A stretch of 58,262 nt of DNA from Minisyncoccota bacterium (GTDB lineage Bacteria; Patescibacteriota; Minisyncoccia; Phycocordibacterales; PALSA-1337). Location of the stretch: positions 1 through 58,262 of the forward strand of contig JAVHOW010000002.1 in the NCBI GenBank assembly GCA_036170235.1, written 5' to 3'. The position numbers and the translations under genes are program-made. Below, piece by piece: positions 9,906-19,528 of the stretch. Every line of letters begins with the position of its first letter. Position 1 is the first letter of the stretch. Below the pieces are notes generated by a model. It searched no databases, was not told the DNA's origin, and saw only the letters and a list, made by a program, of their open reading frames with translations.

Positions 9906-10787
9906 CTATGCAGTCATTATCCCGCATGTTTCGTAGCGCGTGATGATTTTGCGAAGTTTTTCCAAAGCAATTTCTTGAATTTGGCGAGCACGTTCTTTTG
10001 TCAAACCGAATCCTTCTCCAATTTCTTGAAGCGTCTTTCGCTCATCTCCATCAAAACTGAATCGCGCCCTAATTACTTTTGCTTCCCGTCGAGACAATTG
10101 CTTAATAGCGGTCAAAAGCAATTGTCTTGTCGTACTTTTTGTAAGTGTTACTGAAGGATTCTCCGCCATACTATCTGGAATCATATCCCCAACAGTAGAC
10201 TGATTGCCACCCTCGTCAATTAACTGATCGAATGAGATAGTCGTTGGAATCTTACGAAGCCAGACAACACGATCAATAGACAAACCAGACCTCAAGGCAA
10301 TATCTTCAGGAGTTGGCTCAAATCCTAGTTCATGCTCAAGATTAGCAACCGTACGACGCATTTTAGCTAACGATTCGGCCATATTGACTGGTACCCGAAT
10401 CGTCTTACCTTGAAATGCCAACGCGTGCTTAATAGCTTGTTTGATCCAAAATGAACCATATGTTGAAAGTTTTCCACCCTTGGCTGGGTCGAATCGCTGG
10501 ACTGCCTTCATCAAACCAATGTTTCCTTCACTGATTAAATCCAACAGTGGCACGCCAATGCCTTCATAGTCGCGAGCAATCTTCACAACCAAACGCAGAT
10601 TAGCAATGATCATCTTTTCACGAGCTTTTTTATCGCCTTTTTTGATGCGTTTGGCAAGCTCGATTTCTTCCCGCGGAGTGAGCAGTTTCACCAATCCAAT
10701 CTCTCTCAAATACTGCTTGAGGGGTGTATTTTCTCCAGAAAGATAAAGTTTTTTTGAACCATTCACTGGAACACCGTACGGCTTCAT
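9906..10787 (-). CDS. Second RpoD/RpoS-like sigma-70 factor (regions 1.2-4, no region 1.1)
   Basis: YLREIG, ANLRLVVKIA, DLISEGNIGLMKAV, TLQEIG..FGLTKERARQIQ; start could be as far up as 10853. Confidence 0.9.
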   Translation of the reverse strand: MKPYGVPVNGSKKLYLSGENTPLKQYLREIGLVKLLTPREEIELAKRIKKGDKKAREKMIIANLRLVVKIARDYEGIGVPLLDLISEGNIGLMKAVQRFDPAKGGKLSTYGSFWIKQAIKHALAFQGKTIRVPVNMAESLAKMRRTVANLEHELGFEPTPEDIALRSGLSIDRVVWLRKIPTTISFDQLIDEGGNQSTVGDMIPDSMAENPSVTLTKSTTRQLLLTAIKQLSRREAKVIRARFSFDGDERKTLQEIGEGFGLTKERARQIQEIALEKLRKIITRYETCGIMTA

Positions 10788-10992
10788 TCCTAAAAAACAA
10801 AACATAGTAAAATTCCTTCGGTTGACCAAATTTTTAAAACAACAACTAAACAAATCTTCTGCTATGCTACTCTAAAAAAAGATTTTGTCAAAATGGTGAG
10901 CGAATATCCAGATTTAAGCTATATTTTATGGTTTTTACGTAGTTATGCACAGCTCATACAAGTTAACGCTGTAGTATAATAGGTACAACAAC

Positions 10993-11343
10993 ATGCAGCC
11001 CCCGAAACCATACCGCGAGGCGCGACCATGGGGGGAGTTTATTGAATTTGTCAGAAACACCCCTTCGACGGTTAAAATCATCACAGTGAATGCCAGCGAG
11101 GCGTTCAGTCTTCAGACGCACACCAAGAGAGATGAATTTTGGCAAATCATATCAGGAAGTGGAACCATCAGCATCGGCGTAAAATCTGTTCCGGTTGTTA
11201 GTGGTGAAAATCATTTTATCCCTCGTGGTACCACGCACCGCATAGAAGCAAACGATGAGCCTGTGGTTATACTCGAAATATCATTCGGGGATTTTGACGA
11301 AAAAGATATAATCCGACTGGAAGACAAGTACGGGAGGAATTGA
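10993..11343 (+). CDS. Mannose-6-phosphate isomerase type II C-terminal cupin
   Basis: RPWGEF, SLQTH..RDEFW, HRIE and DIIRLEDKYGR. Confidence 0.85.
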   Translation: MQPPKPYREARPWGEFIEFVRNTPSTVKIITVNASEAFSLQTHTKRDEFWQIISGSGTISIGVKSVPVVSGENHFIPRGTTHRIEANDEPVVILEISFGDFDEKDIIRLEDKYGRN

Positions 11344-11378
11344 TTTTCAGCGTTAAAATTCAATATTTAATTTTAAAT

Positions 11379-12500
11379 ATGTACATGAACCTCTCATTTC
11401 TTCCACCAATCATTGCCCTAATATTTGTTTTCATACTCTATGCGTTATATATACGCATTCAAAATCAACGATCTCCAAAAAAGTCGCGTGTCAAACATGA
11501 CGTCAATCGCCATCACACTAATCCAGTCATTTCTCCACTGCCACATCGTGAATGGGAAACTAACGGTACTTTCAACCCAGCGGCTGTTGAAGATGATGAA
11601 GGTCGTGTTCATTTACTATATCGCGCTATAGGCGATAATGGTCTTTCAAATATTGGCTACGCTTCGAGTCCTGATGGTAGAAACATAGATCGTCGTTCTT
11701 CATTCCCTGTCTATCAGCCTTCATACGAAGAAACAAAACCTGAAGCCAAAAAATATTCAGGTCCAGCCGTGTACAATCCTGCCATTTACACATCCGGCGG
11801 TGGCTGGGGTGGTCACGAAGATCCACGCGCAGTCAGGATTGGTGACCGCGTTTACATGACCTATACCGCCTTCCAATGCTGGGAATCAGTTCGAATAGCA
11901 TTGACATCAATAGCTCTCAAAGATTTGAAGATGGAGCGTTGGAATTGGAAAAAGCCAAAACTCATTTCGCCACAAGATGAAGTGCATAAAAATTGGGTTA
12001 TATTCCCAGAAAAAATCAATGGAAAGTTTGCGATTCTACACAGTATCGTGCCAAACATTCTCGTTGACTATGTGGATGATCTTGATGGACTCTTTCCGCC
12101 AATAAAAAGTAAAAGATTACATGGACCACAACCAGGTCGAAAAGATTTCTGGGACAATCGTATACGCGGTGCTGGACCGCCGCCAATTAAAACTAATATA
12201 GGCTGGTTACTCCTATATCACGCTCAAGATGATAGAGAGCCTAGCAAATATAAGCTCGGCGCCATGATTCTCGAAAAAAATGACCCAACAAAAATATTGT
12301 ATCGCTCATCAGATCCGATCCTTTCTCCTGAAATGTGTTATGAAAATGACGGCAAACCAGGCGTTGTCTACGCATCAGGGGCTATAGTAAAAAATGGTGA
12401 GCTGATAATTTATTATGGCGGTGGAGATAAACATGTCTGCGTGGCGCAAACAAATCTAGAATCACTACTTGGATGGCTGATGCAACACGGAAAAATTTAA
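11379..12500 (+). CDS. GH130-family glycosidase/mannoside phosphorylase with N-terminal TM
   Basis: TFNPAA, LLYRA, EDPRA, KNWVIFP, YYGGGD. Confidence 0.85.
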   Translation: MYMNLSFLPPIIALIFVFILYALYIRIQNQRSPKKSRVKHDVNRHHTNPVISPLPHREWETNGTFNPAAVEDDEGRVHLLYRAIGDNGLSNIGYASSPDGRNIDRRSSFPVYQPSYEETKPEAKKYSGPAVYNPAIYTSGGGWGGHEDPRAVRIGDRVYMTYTAFQCWESVRIALTSIALKDLKMERWNWKKPKLISPQDEVHKNWVIFPEKINGKFAILHSIVPNILVDYVDDLDGLFPPIKSKRLHGPQPGRKDFWDNRIRGAGPPPIKTNIGWLLLYHAQDDREPSKYKLGAMILEKNDPTKILYRSSDPILSPEMCYENDGKPGVVYASGAIVKNGELIIYYGGGDKHVCVAQTNLESLLGWLMQHGKI

Positions 12501-12555
12501 TAACCAAGCGCGCTTATTCATAGCATTCGTATAATTCGTATTAAAATAATAAAAA

Positions 12556-14436
12556 ATGTTCACCCTGACCCGCTCCGAACACAACCCGATTCTTTCCCCA
12601 CTCCGTGAACATCCATTGGAAGCCGCCGCCGCGTTCAATGCTTCTCCTATTCTTCAAGGAAGAAAAACTACATTGGTGTATCGTGCCATGTCCGAGCCAG
12701 ACCTTCTAAAAGAGCCCCACATTCGAACATCAGTCATAGCACGAGCTAGTTCCAAAGATGGCATTCATTACGAAGATAGACATGTTTTGATTTCTCCAGA
12801 TACGGATTTTGATCGTTTTGGTTGTGAAGATCCGCGAGTCACCAAACTTGGCAAAAATTATTACATTTTTTATACAGCGCTTGGTGGTTACCCTTTTTCA
12901 GCTGACAATATCAAAGTTGCCGTGGCAGTGAGTACTGACCTCAAAACTATTACCGAAAAACATCTGGTCACGCCATTCAATGCCAAAGCCATGGCTTTGT
13001 TCCCAGAAAAAATTAATGGCAAAATGGCCGCACTAGTCACCATAAATACAGATCGCAAGCCATCCGATATTTGTTACGCGGAATTTGATAAACCTGAAGA
13101 CATCTGGTCTCCATATTATTGGCAAAAATGGCAAGAAACCATAGACGCACAGAAAATAAATATCCGTAGAATACCTGGTGATCATATTGAGCTCGGCGCA
13201 GTACCTGTCAAAACAGACAAAGGTTGGCTGATTGTCTATTCTCACATTCAACGATATGACAAGAGTGACCATGTATTTGGCATTGAAATAGTTCTGCTTG
13301 ATCTCAAAGATCCTCGCCGAGTCATCGGTAGGACCAAAGGGCCATTTATGGTACCTGACACCTATTATGAACATACTGGCCAAGTTCCACACACTATATT
13401 TCCATCAGGAGCTTTGATTCGCGGCGAACATCTTGAAATATATTATGGTGCCGCTGATACATATTGTGCCGTAGCCACAATACCTCTTGAAAATCTGCTT
13501 GAAAGTATAATGGATGGTCAAAAAGTCGGCTTGCAGAGGTTTCGTGGTAATCCAATCATCACTCCACGTCCAGGTGTTCTCTGGGAAGCAAAAGGTACGC
13601 TCAATCCAGCCGCGATTGACATGGGCAATAAAACTCACATTCTCTATCGCGCGGTGACTGCGGATAACATATCGGTGATCGGGTACGCCAACTCCAGCGA
13701 TGGATTTTCTATTGATGAACGTCTGGACAAACCTATATACAAACCTCGTGTTGATTTTGAATCTCGAGGCTGTGAAGATCCGCGTATTATGCTTATAGAT
13801 AAAAAAGTATTCATGACCTATACTGCCTATGACGGCGTTCTGCCTAGAGTTGCGGTAACTTCCATTGATAGCGAACATTTTCTGAAAAAAAATTGGAGTA
13901 AATGGTCACAACCTGAAATCATCACTCCTATGAACGTTGACAACAAAGACGCGGCAATTTTGCCTGAAGCTATCAATGGAAAATATATGATTTTACATCG
14001 TGTTCATGAAAGCATTTGCGCGGATTTCGTTTCTTCACTCGATTTTTCCAAAGAAAAAGTCACAAAATGTATAGAAATACTGTCTCCACGACGCGGGATG
14101 TGGGATGGCAATAAAGTTGGCATTTCCGCGCCACCAGTTCGAACTGCCAATGGTTGGCTTCTGCTTTATCATGGAGTATCATGGAGCTCAATTTATCGCG
14201 TAGGAGCGGTATTACTTGACCTCGAAGATCCAACCATTGTGAAAGCGCGCACTGCTATACCTCTCTTCGAGCCTATAGAAAAATATGAAACCGAAGGAGT
14301 TGTGAATAATGTCGTATTTCCATGTGGTTTGGTTATTCGTGGCGGGACTGCGTATATATATTACGGTGGAGGTGATAGTGTTGTCGGTGTTGCCACTATC
14401 AAGATGAATGAATTGTTGAACATGCTAAAAACTTAA
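12556..14436 (+). CDS. Tandem two-domain GH130-family protein
   Basis: Two copies of the N(P/A)..YRA..GCEDPR..YYG(A/G).D pattern. Confidence 0.85.
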   Translation: MFTLTRSEHNPILSPLREHPLEAAAAFNASPILQGRKTTLVYRAMSEPDLLKEPHIRTSVIARASSKDGIHYEDRHVLISPDTDFDRFGCEDPRVTKLGKNYYIFYTALGGYPFSADNIKVAVAVSTDLKTITEKHLVTPFNAKAMALFPEKINGKMAALVTINTDRKPSDICYAEFDKPEDIWSPYYWQKWQETIDAQKINIRRIPGDHIELGAVPVKTDKGWLIVYSHIQRYDKSDHVFGIEIVLLDLKDPRRVIGRTKGPFMVPDTYYEHTGQVPHTIFPSGALIRGEHLEIYYGAADTYCAVATIPLENLLESIMDGQKVGLQRFRGNPIITPRPGVLWEAKGTLNPAAIDMGNKTHILYRAVTADNISVIGYANSSDGFSIDERLDKPIYKPRVDFESRGCEDPRIMLIDKKVFMTYTAYDGVLPRVAVTSIDSEHFLKKNWSKWSQPEIITPMNVDNKDAAILPEAINGKYMILHRVHESICADFVSSLDFSKEKVTKCIEILSPRRGMWDGNKVGISAPPVRTANGWLLLYHGVSWSSIYRVGAVLLDLEDPTIVKARTAIPLFEPIEKYETEGVVNNVVFPCGLVIRGGTAYIYYGGGDSVVGVATIKMNELLNMLKT

Positions 14437-14440
14437 ACCT

Positions 14441-15193
14441 ATGACAGCCTACTCAAAACAACTTATTATATTTGATAAAGATGGAACTTTAACTCCAAGC
14501 AAAGGTCCTATGGACGAAGAAATGGCAAACCTGCTCGTTAAGTTATTCGAACGAAAAAAAGTAGCGATCATATCAGGTAGCGGTTTCCCTTTGTTTGAAG
14601 TTCAGATTCTCAAAATGCTTCCTCAAGGCTCGCAAAACTTGAGTAATTTGTTGATTTTGCCTGTATCTGGAACTCGGCTGTATGCATGGAGAGGAACTTG
14701 GAATGAACAATACGCTGAACACCTATCGCCACAAGAAAAAGAAAAAATAATGACATCGCTCAATTCCGCTCTCAAACAAGCCGGCTATGAAAAACCTCAG
14801 AAGATCTATGGTCAGCTAATAGAAGACCGTGGTTCACAAATAACATTTTCGGCTTTGGGACAGAATGCTCCGTTTGGACTAAAAAACGCATGGGATCCGA
14901 CCCACGAAAAACGTCAAAATATCGTCTTATTTTTACAACCAAAACTTCCAGAGTTTGACGTGCGGATTGGCGGCACAACTTCGATTGACGTCACTAAAAA
15001 AGGCGTCAACAAAGGCTATGGCATCCGCCGCCTCGAAGAATATTTGAAAATGCCACTTGAAAACATGGTTTTTGTCGGCGATGCCCTTTATCATGGTGGT
15101 AATGACTATCCAGCTAAAGCCACTGGTATAGATTGTATATCCGTATCCGGTCCAGAAGATACCAAGAAACTAATCACGAGCTGGCTTGAATAA
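14441..15193 (+). CDS. HAD-IIB hydrolase, phosphomannomutase-like
   Basis: FDKDGTL, EDRGSQITFS, GGTTSID, GDALYHGGND. Confidence 0.85.
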   Translation: MTAYSKQLIIFDKDGTLTPSKGPMDEEMANLLVKLFERKKVAIISGSGFPLFEVQILKMLPQGSQNLSNLLILPVSGTRLYAWRGTWNEQYAEHLSPQEKEKIMTSLNSALKQAGYEKPQKIYGQLIEDRGSQITFSALGQNAPFGLKNAWDPTHEKRQNIVLFLQPKLPEFDVRIGGTTSIDVTKKGVNKGYGIRRLEEYLKMPLENMVFVGDALYHGGNDYPAKATGIDCISVSGPEDTKKLITSWLE

Positions 15194-15206
15194 TCTATCC
15201 AGCTTA

Positions 15207-16175
15207 TCAAATCTTCAAATTTTCCAACAGTATTCTCGTATCATTTTCTCGTGCTCCATATCGCGAGTCAAGAATAATAAAAGCAATTGGCTGATCGGCA
15301 ATATTCAATATAGTCATCATAGTCTCTCCCGCTTCTTCAGTACGTCCAGTTTTGCCACCAATAAATCGTAGATCATTCACGAATGGATGTGTACTAACAA
15401 ATTGATGTGAGCCATGTTCTGTCGTCGTTGCAATTGACGCCATCGGCACGCGAGTCATTGTCAGAATATCTGGTCTATAATACACAAGATATTTTGCCAA
15501 ACCGAAAAGATCTTCCGCGGACGCGACATTCTGCGGACTAACTCCAGAAGGATCAGCAAAGAAACTGTGAGGCATACCAACTTCCCAAGCGTAACTTCTC
15601 ATTAATTCCAAAAATTTCACCTGATTTGTTGATGAGGAGATAGCTTCAGCCGCCACGTTTGACGAGTTGAGCAATAATGGCTGAAGTATCTCTTTCAGGG
15701 TGAAATGCTCGCCTACCATAAGATTGCTCCCATCTGGCGGTGCCAATACCGCTTGTTCAGTTATGGTGATTGTCGATGTGGCTAAAAAAACATCCGTTGC
15801 AACAAAGGCAGTCACCAGCTTTGACATTGAAGCAACCGGCAGAACGCGATTGCTATTTTTCTCAAGGTATATTTTTCCGGTTTTGACGTTTCCTACTAAA
15901 TATGCAACGGCTGTCACACCAGGAATACTAGTCTGTCCAGAAATGCTGGTTAATTTTGGTTTTTCTTCTAACGAATTTTTCTTTTGATTTTCAAAAAAAT
16001 TCGGATCTGGTTGAGTTAACACGCTAGATTTAGGCGCCATAGTTCCATTTGATTGGACATTCGAAATATTTTGAGAATCTAAAATCTGTCTACTTATTTT
16101 AACCACAACAGAAACTCCAACCAATGCCATACAAAGACATAATATAAAGATGAGGTTCCGGTGATTTGATATCAT
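15207..16175 (-). CDS. D-alanyl-D-alanine carboxypeptidase (peptidase S11)
   Basis: SxxK (ASMSK), SxN (SSN) and KTG motifs; N-terminal TM. Confidence 0.9.
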   Translation of the reverse strand: MISNHRNLIFILCLCMALVGVSVVVKISRQILDSQNISNVQSNGTMAPKSSVLTQPDPNFFENQKKNSLEEKPKLTSISGQTSIPGVTAVAYLVGNVKTGKIYLEKNSNRVLPVASMSKLVTAFVATDVFLATSTITITEQAVLAPPDGSNLMVGEHFTLKEILQPLLLNSSNVAAEAISSSTNQVKFLELMRSYAWEVGMPHSFFADPSGVSPQNVASAEDLFGLAKYLVYYRPDILTMTRVPMASIATTTEHGSHQFVSTHPFVNDLRFIGGKTGRTEEAGETMMTILNIADQPIAFIILDSRYGARENDTRILLENLKI

Positions 16176-16197
16176 AATCCCATCTATGGTATCACAA

Positions 16198-16806
16198 TCA
16201 TCTTGTCACCGATATAGTCGGAGTCAACTCCCCTGTTGAGCTTGCTGTAATTCTTCCATTAGCATCACGAAATAATTCATAGCCAGTATCGTAGTCTGTA
16301 ACACTCGTAAAATGCGCCCCAACAATTGACGGGTCATTTGGTAATGAAGATAAATAATCGGGAACAACGCAGGACGCGATATCGCCAGGATCATTTGGTG
16401 TACTGCTACTTTTTATAACTGTGGGCGTATTCGGAATATCCCGCATAACACCTCCACAAACGAAAGTACCTCTGTGTTCAGCCATATTTTGATGGACCGC
16501 GTTCAATAGTGCGTTTACATTGCTGGTCCGTTGTGAATCTCGAGCAAGCTTGAATTGACGTGCGGGGTTTACCGCGACCAATACGACTGCGGCAAGTACC
16601 GCTATGATTCCAATAACAACCAAAACTTCTATCAAAGTAAAACCACCGAAGGATTGCATGTGTGAATGATGAAATGCGCGCAGTGATTGCTTGTTTGGTC
16701 GTTGGTAATGCAGTTTTTTAACTACCTTTATTTTGCGTTGGTATGTATTTTTCATAATGTGATTCTTATACGCCTCATGCGAATTGTGTAAATTGTGTAT
16801 ATTCAT
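16198..16806 (-). CDS. Type IV pilin-like protein
   Basis: Prepilin motif GFTLIEVLVVIGIIAVL and ARDSQR; true start uncertain. Confidence 0.88.
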   Translation of the reverse strand: MNIHNLHNSHEAYKNHIMKNTYQRKIKVVKKLHYQRPNKQSLRAFHHSHMQSFGGFTLIEVLVVIGIIAVLAAVVLVAVNPARQFKLARDSQRTSNVNALLNAVHQNMAEHRGTFVCGGVMRDIPNTPTVIKSSSTPNDPGDIASCVVPDYLSSLPNDPSIVGAHFTSVTDYDTGYELFRDANGRITASSTGELTPTISVTR

Positions 16807-16861
16807 AAAACTTATTTAATTAACGCGCTTCTAATAATGGAAGTACTGTATCAAATCGGAA

Positions 16862-16900
16862 TGAAGAAACACTGAAGAAACGATAAAGAAGTAATGAAGA
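16862..16900. promoter_or_regulatory. Four phased direct repeats T(G/A)AAGA at 11-bp period upstream of the pilin gene
   Basis: Copies start at 16862, 16873, 16884 and 16895; minus-strand TGaTACAGT extended -10 at about 16845-16853. Confidence 0.45.
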
Positions 16901-16971
16901 TTTGAAAAAACCGTGTCAGTTCCGCACTGGCCGACAGCGCCGTCACTGACACGATTTTTTCAAATCTTCAT
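16894..16971. mobile_element. 78-nt intergenic palindrome with core ctggccgacagcgc
   Basis: 27-bp arms with one mismatch (16894-16920/16945-16971); core 16927-16940 is identical to 29653-29666. Confidence 0.7.
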
Positions 16972-17050
16972 AAACACAGAGATTTCTCCACAGGTTTTCC
17001 CCTTTTTGCATATTTCTTATTATTTTCTTTTGCCATGCTAGAATATACCC

Positions 17051-18433
17051 ATGAACACAGCATCACCTTATTTCAAGACTAAGGACTTGAAAATACCTCC
17101 ACAAAACATCGAAGCAGAGAAGGCCTTGCTTGGCTCTGTTATGATTCGTGGAGAAGTTATGCACGATATTGTTGACCTAGTTGGCGAATCTTCTTTTTAT
17201 TCAAATCAACACAAATCAATTTGGGGCACCTTGTTTGAACTTCATAGCAAAGGAACACCGATTGACATGCTTTCCGTATCTGCTCGCCTCAAAGAAAAGA
17301 GCCTGCTTGATCAAGCTGGTGGCATGAGTTATCTGACCGAGATCGTCAACTCCGTTCCATCTTCAACCAATGCCGAACATTACGCGGAGATTGTCCAGAA
17401 AAAATATACTATGCGCGAATTGCTCCGCGCGGCCGAACATATCACAGGTCTCGGGTATGACGAAGAAGCCGAACTCCACGACATTTTGGAAAAAGCTGAG
17501 AAATCACTGTACGCAGTCACCAACAAAACAGGATCACACAAGTTCGTTGCTCTCAAGGATACCTTGCATGAAGCATGGGAACGTTTGGATCATTTACACA
17601 AAACCAAAGACGAACTCCGTGGCGTACCAACTGGTTTTCCAGAACTAGATAACAAGCTCGCTGGTCTGCAAAAATCTGACCTCATCATTTTGGCGGCACG
17701 TCCTTCCATGGGTAAAACTTCCCTTGCTCTAGACATTGCCCGAAAAACCGCAGTCAATCACAAGATTCCAGTGGCTATATTTTCTCTGGAAATGAGCTCT
17801 CAACAACTCGTCGATCGTATGCTTGCCGCTGAATCACAGGTTGATTCATGGAAAATTCGTACTGGTCACAACCTATCAGTGGAACAAGATTTCAAAGCCA
17901 TCGGTGAAGCGATTGGACGCCTATCTGAAGCACCAATATATATAGATGACCAAGCTGGGAATAATATCCTGAAAATGCGCGCCGTAGCTCGTCGCCTCAA
18001 AAATGAAAAAGGTCTTGGTCTTATTGTTGTTGACTATTTGCAACTCATGGTACCGACCAATACTAGAAACAATGGCGATAACCTAGTCCAGCAAGTCACC
18101 GAGATCTCACGTTCTTTGAAGAACTTGGCGCGCGAGCTCGAAATCCCAGTTTTGGCACTGTCTCAATTATCCCGCGCGGTGGAACAACGTGGTGGCAAGC
18201 CTCGCCTCTCTGACCTTCGCGACTCCGGTTCTATCGAACAAGATGCTGACGTAGTTATGTTCATTCATCGTGAATCAGACGTTGATGCCGGCGGTCGCAA
18301 AGAAGAAACTGAAATCCTCATCGAAAAGCACCGCAACGGTCCGACTGGTGTGGCTAAACTATTCTTTGATAGTAAGAAGACGACATTCTTGAGTATGGAT
18401 AAGGCGGATTTTGGTGGGTTTGAGAAGATTTAA
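17051..18433 (+). CDS. dnaB: Replicative DNA helicase
   Basis: ARPSMGKT, FSLEM, DYLQLM, SQLSR, DLRDSGSIEQDAD. Confidence 0.97.
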   Translation: MNTASPYFKTKDLKIPPQNIEAEKALLGSVMIRGEVMHDIVDLVGESSFYSNQHKSIWGTLFELHSKGTPIDMLSVSARLKEKSLLDQAGGMSYLTEIVNSVPSSTNAEHYAEIVQKKYTMRELLRAAEHITGLGYDEEAELHDILEKAEKSLYAVTNKTGSHKFVALKDTLHEAWERLDHLHKTKDELRGVPTGFPELDNKLAGLQKSDLIILAARPSMGKTSLALDIARKTAVNHKIPVAIFSLEMSSQQLVDRMLAAESQVDSWKIRTGHNLSVEQDFKAIGEAIGRLSEAPIYIDDQAGNNILKMRAVARRLKNEKGLGLIVVDYLQLMVPTNTRNNGDNLVQQVTEISRSLKNLARELEIPVLALSQLSRAVEQRGGKPRLSDLRDSGSIEQDADVVMFIHRESDVDAGGRKEETEILIEKHRNGPTGVAKLFFDSKKTTFLSMDKADFGGFEKI

Positions 18434-18475
18434 TACGAATCCACGAATTACACGAATACCACAAATAATTGCATC

Positions 18476-19102
18476 ATGGACTCCTTACATCACCTCGAAG
18501 AACTATTCGCAAAATTCCCTGGCATCGGACCACGCCAAGCCAAGCGTTTTGTTTATTATTTATTGAATAAGTCACCTTCTTACATAAAAGAATTTACGCA
18601 ACTCATTGAAGAAGTTAAAAAATCAACGGATGAGTGCGCTCAATGCCACCGCATTTTTGTAAGTAATTCAAATCAAAAATCTAAAACCGCACTTGTCTGC
18701 TCAATTTGCTCCGATCCTTCGCGTGACGTCTCAACTTTAATGGTCGTCGCTCGTGATTCCGATTTTGAAACAGTTGAGAAAAGTGGCGCTTATAAGGGTT
18801 TGTATTTTATCCTCGGTGGGACAGTGCCTGTATTAGATAAGGAGCCAGATAAAAGAATTCGTCTGAAACAATTACTTGAGGAGGTTTCGGAGAGAGGTTC
18901 AAAACTAAAAGAAATCATTCTTTCATTAAACACAACACCAGATGGTGAGCACACTGCTAATATCGTTAAAGAAGCTCTACAAAAAGTGACGAAAAACTTG
19001 CCACTTAATATTTCAGTACTCGGACGCGGACTATCAACCGGCGCAGAGTTGGAATACGTTGACGGTGAGACAATCAAAAACGCCCTCCAAAATCGACATT
19101 AA
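18476..19102 (+). CDS. recR: Recombination protein RecR
   Basis: PGIGPRQAKR HhH, C4 zinc finger, Toprim, ELEYVD. Confidence 0.93.
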   Translation: MDSLHHLEELFAKFPGIGPRQAKRFVYYLLNKSPSYIKEFTQLIEEVKKSTDECAQCHRIFVSNSNQKSKTALVCSICSDPSRDVSTLMVVARDSDFETVEKSGAYKGLYFILGGTVPVLDKEPDKRIRLKQLLEEVSERGSKLKEIILSLNTTPDGEHTANIVKEALQKVTKNLPLNISVLGRGLSTGAELEYVDGETIKNALQNRH

Positions 19103-19132
19103 TTGAACGCATTTAATTAGACAAACTGCCCA

Positions 19133-19168
19133 TAAATAAAAAATTCCTTCTCGGGAATTTTTTATTTA
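19133..19168. terminator. Bidirectional terminator between recR and rplU
   Basis: taaataaaaaattcc/ggaattttttattta inverted repeat between convergent genes. Confidence 0.65.
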
Positions 19169-19169
19169 A

Positions 19170-19487
19170 TTATTTGAGTGCATCAATCTTCACCTTAAAG
19201 AATGGCTGTCTATGACCGTTTTTCTTGTAGTAACGACTCTTCTGTTTGTAGTGAACAACGAGAATCTTGGGAGCGCGACCAATCTCGGTAATAGTACCAG
19301 TGACTGAAGCCTTGGTTATGTAGGGTGTACCAATCGTTGTGTCTTTACCATCATCCATCAGTAGAACTTTATCAAAAGTGACCTTGTCACCCTCCTTGTG
19401 GGTGTCAGAAAGCTTCTCAATAGCGATAACATCGCCCTTTGAAACTGTATATTGCTTGCCTCCTGTGGTGATAACTGCGAATTGCAT
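19170..19487 (-). CDS. rplU: 50S ribosomal protein L21
   Basis: FAVITTGGKQY and GHRQ. Confidence 0.95.
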   Translation of the reverse strand: MQFAVITTGGKQYTVSKGDVIAIEKLSDTHKEGDKVTFDKVLLMDDGKDTTIGTPYITKASVTGTITEIGRAPKILVVHYKQKSRYYKKNGHRQPFFKVKIDALK

Positions 19488-19528
19488 AGTCAGAACATTA
19501 TACACGAAATCTTGTTTCGCGCAAGTTT

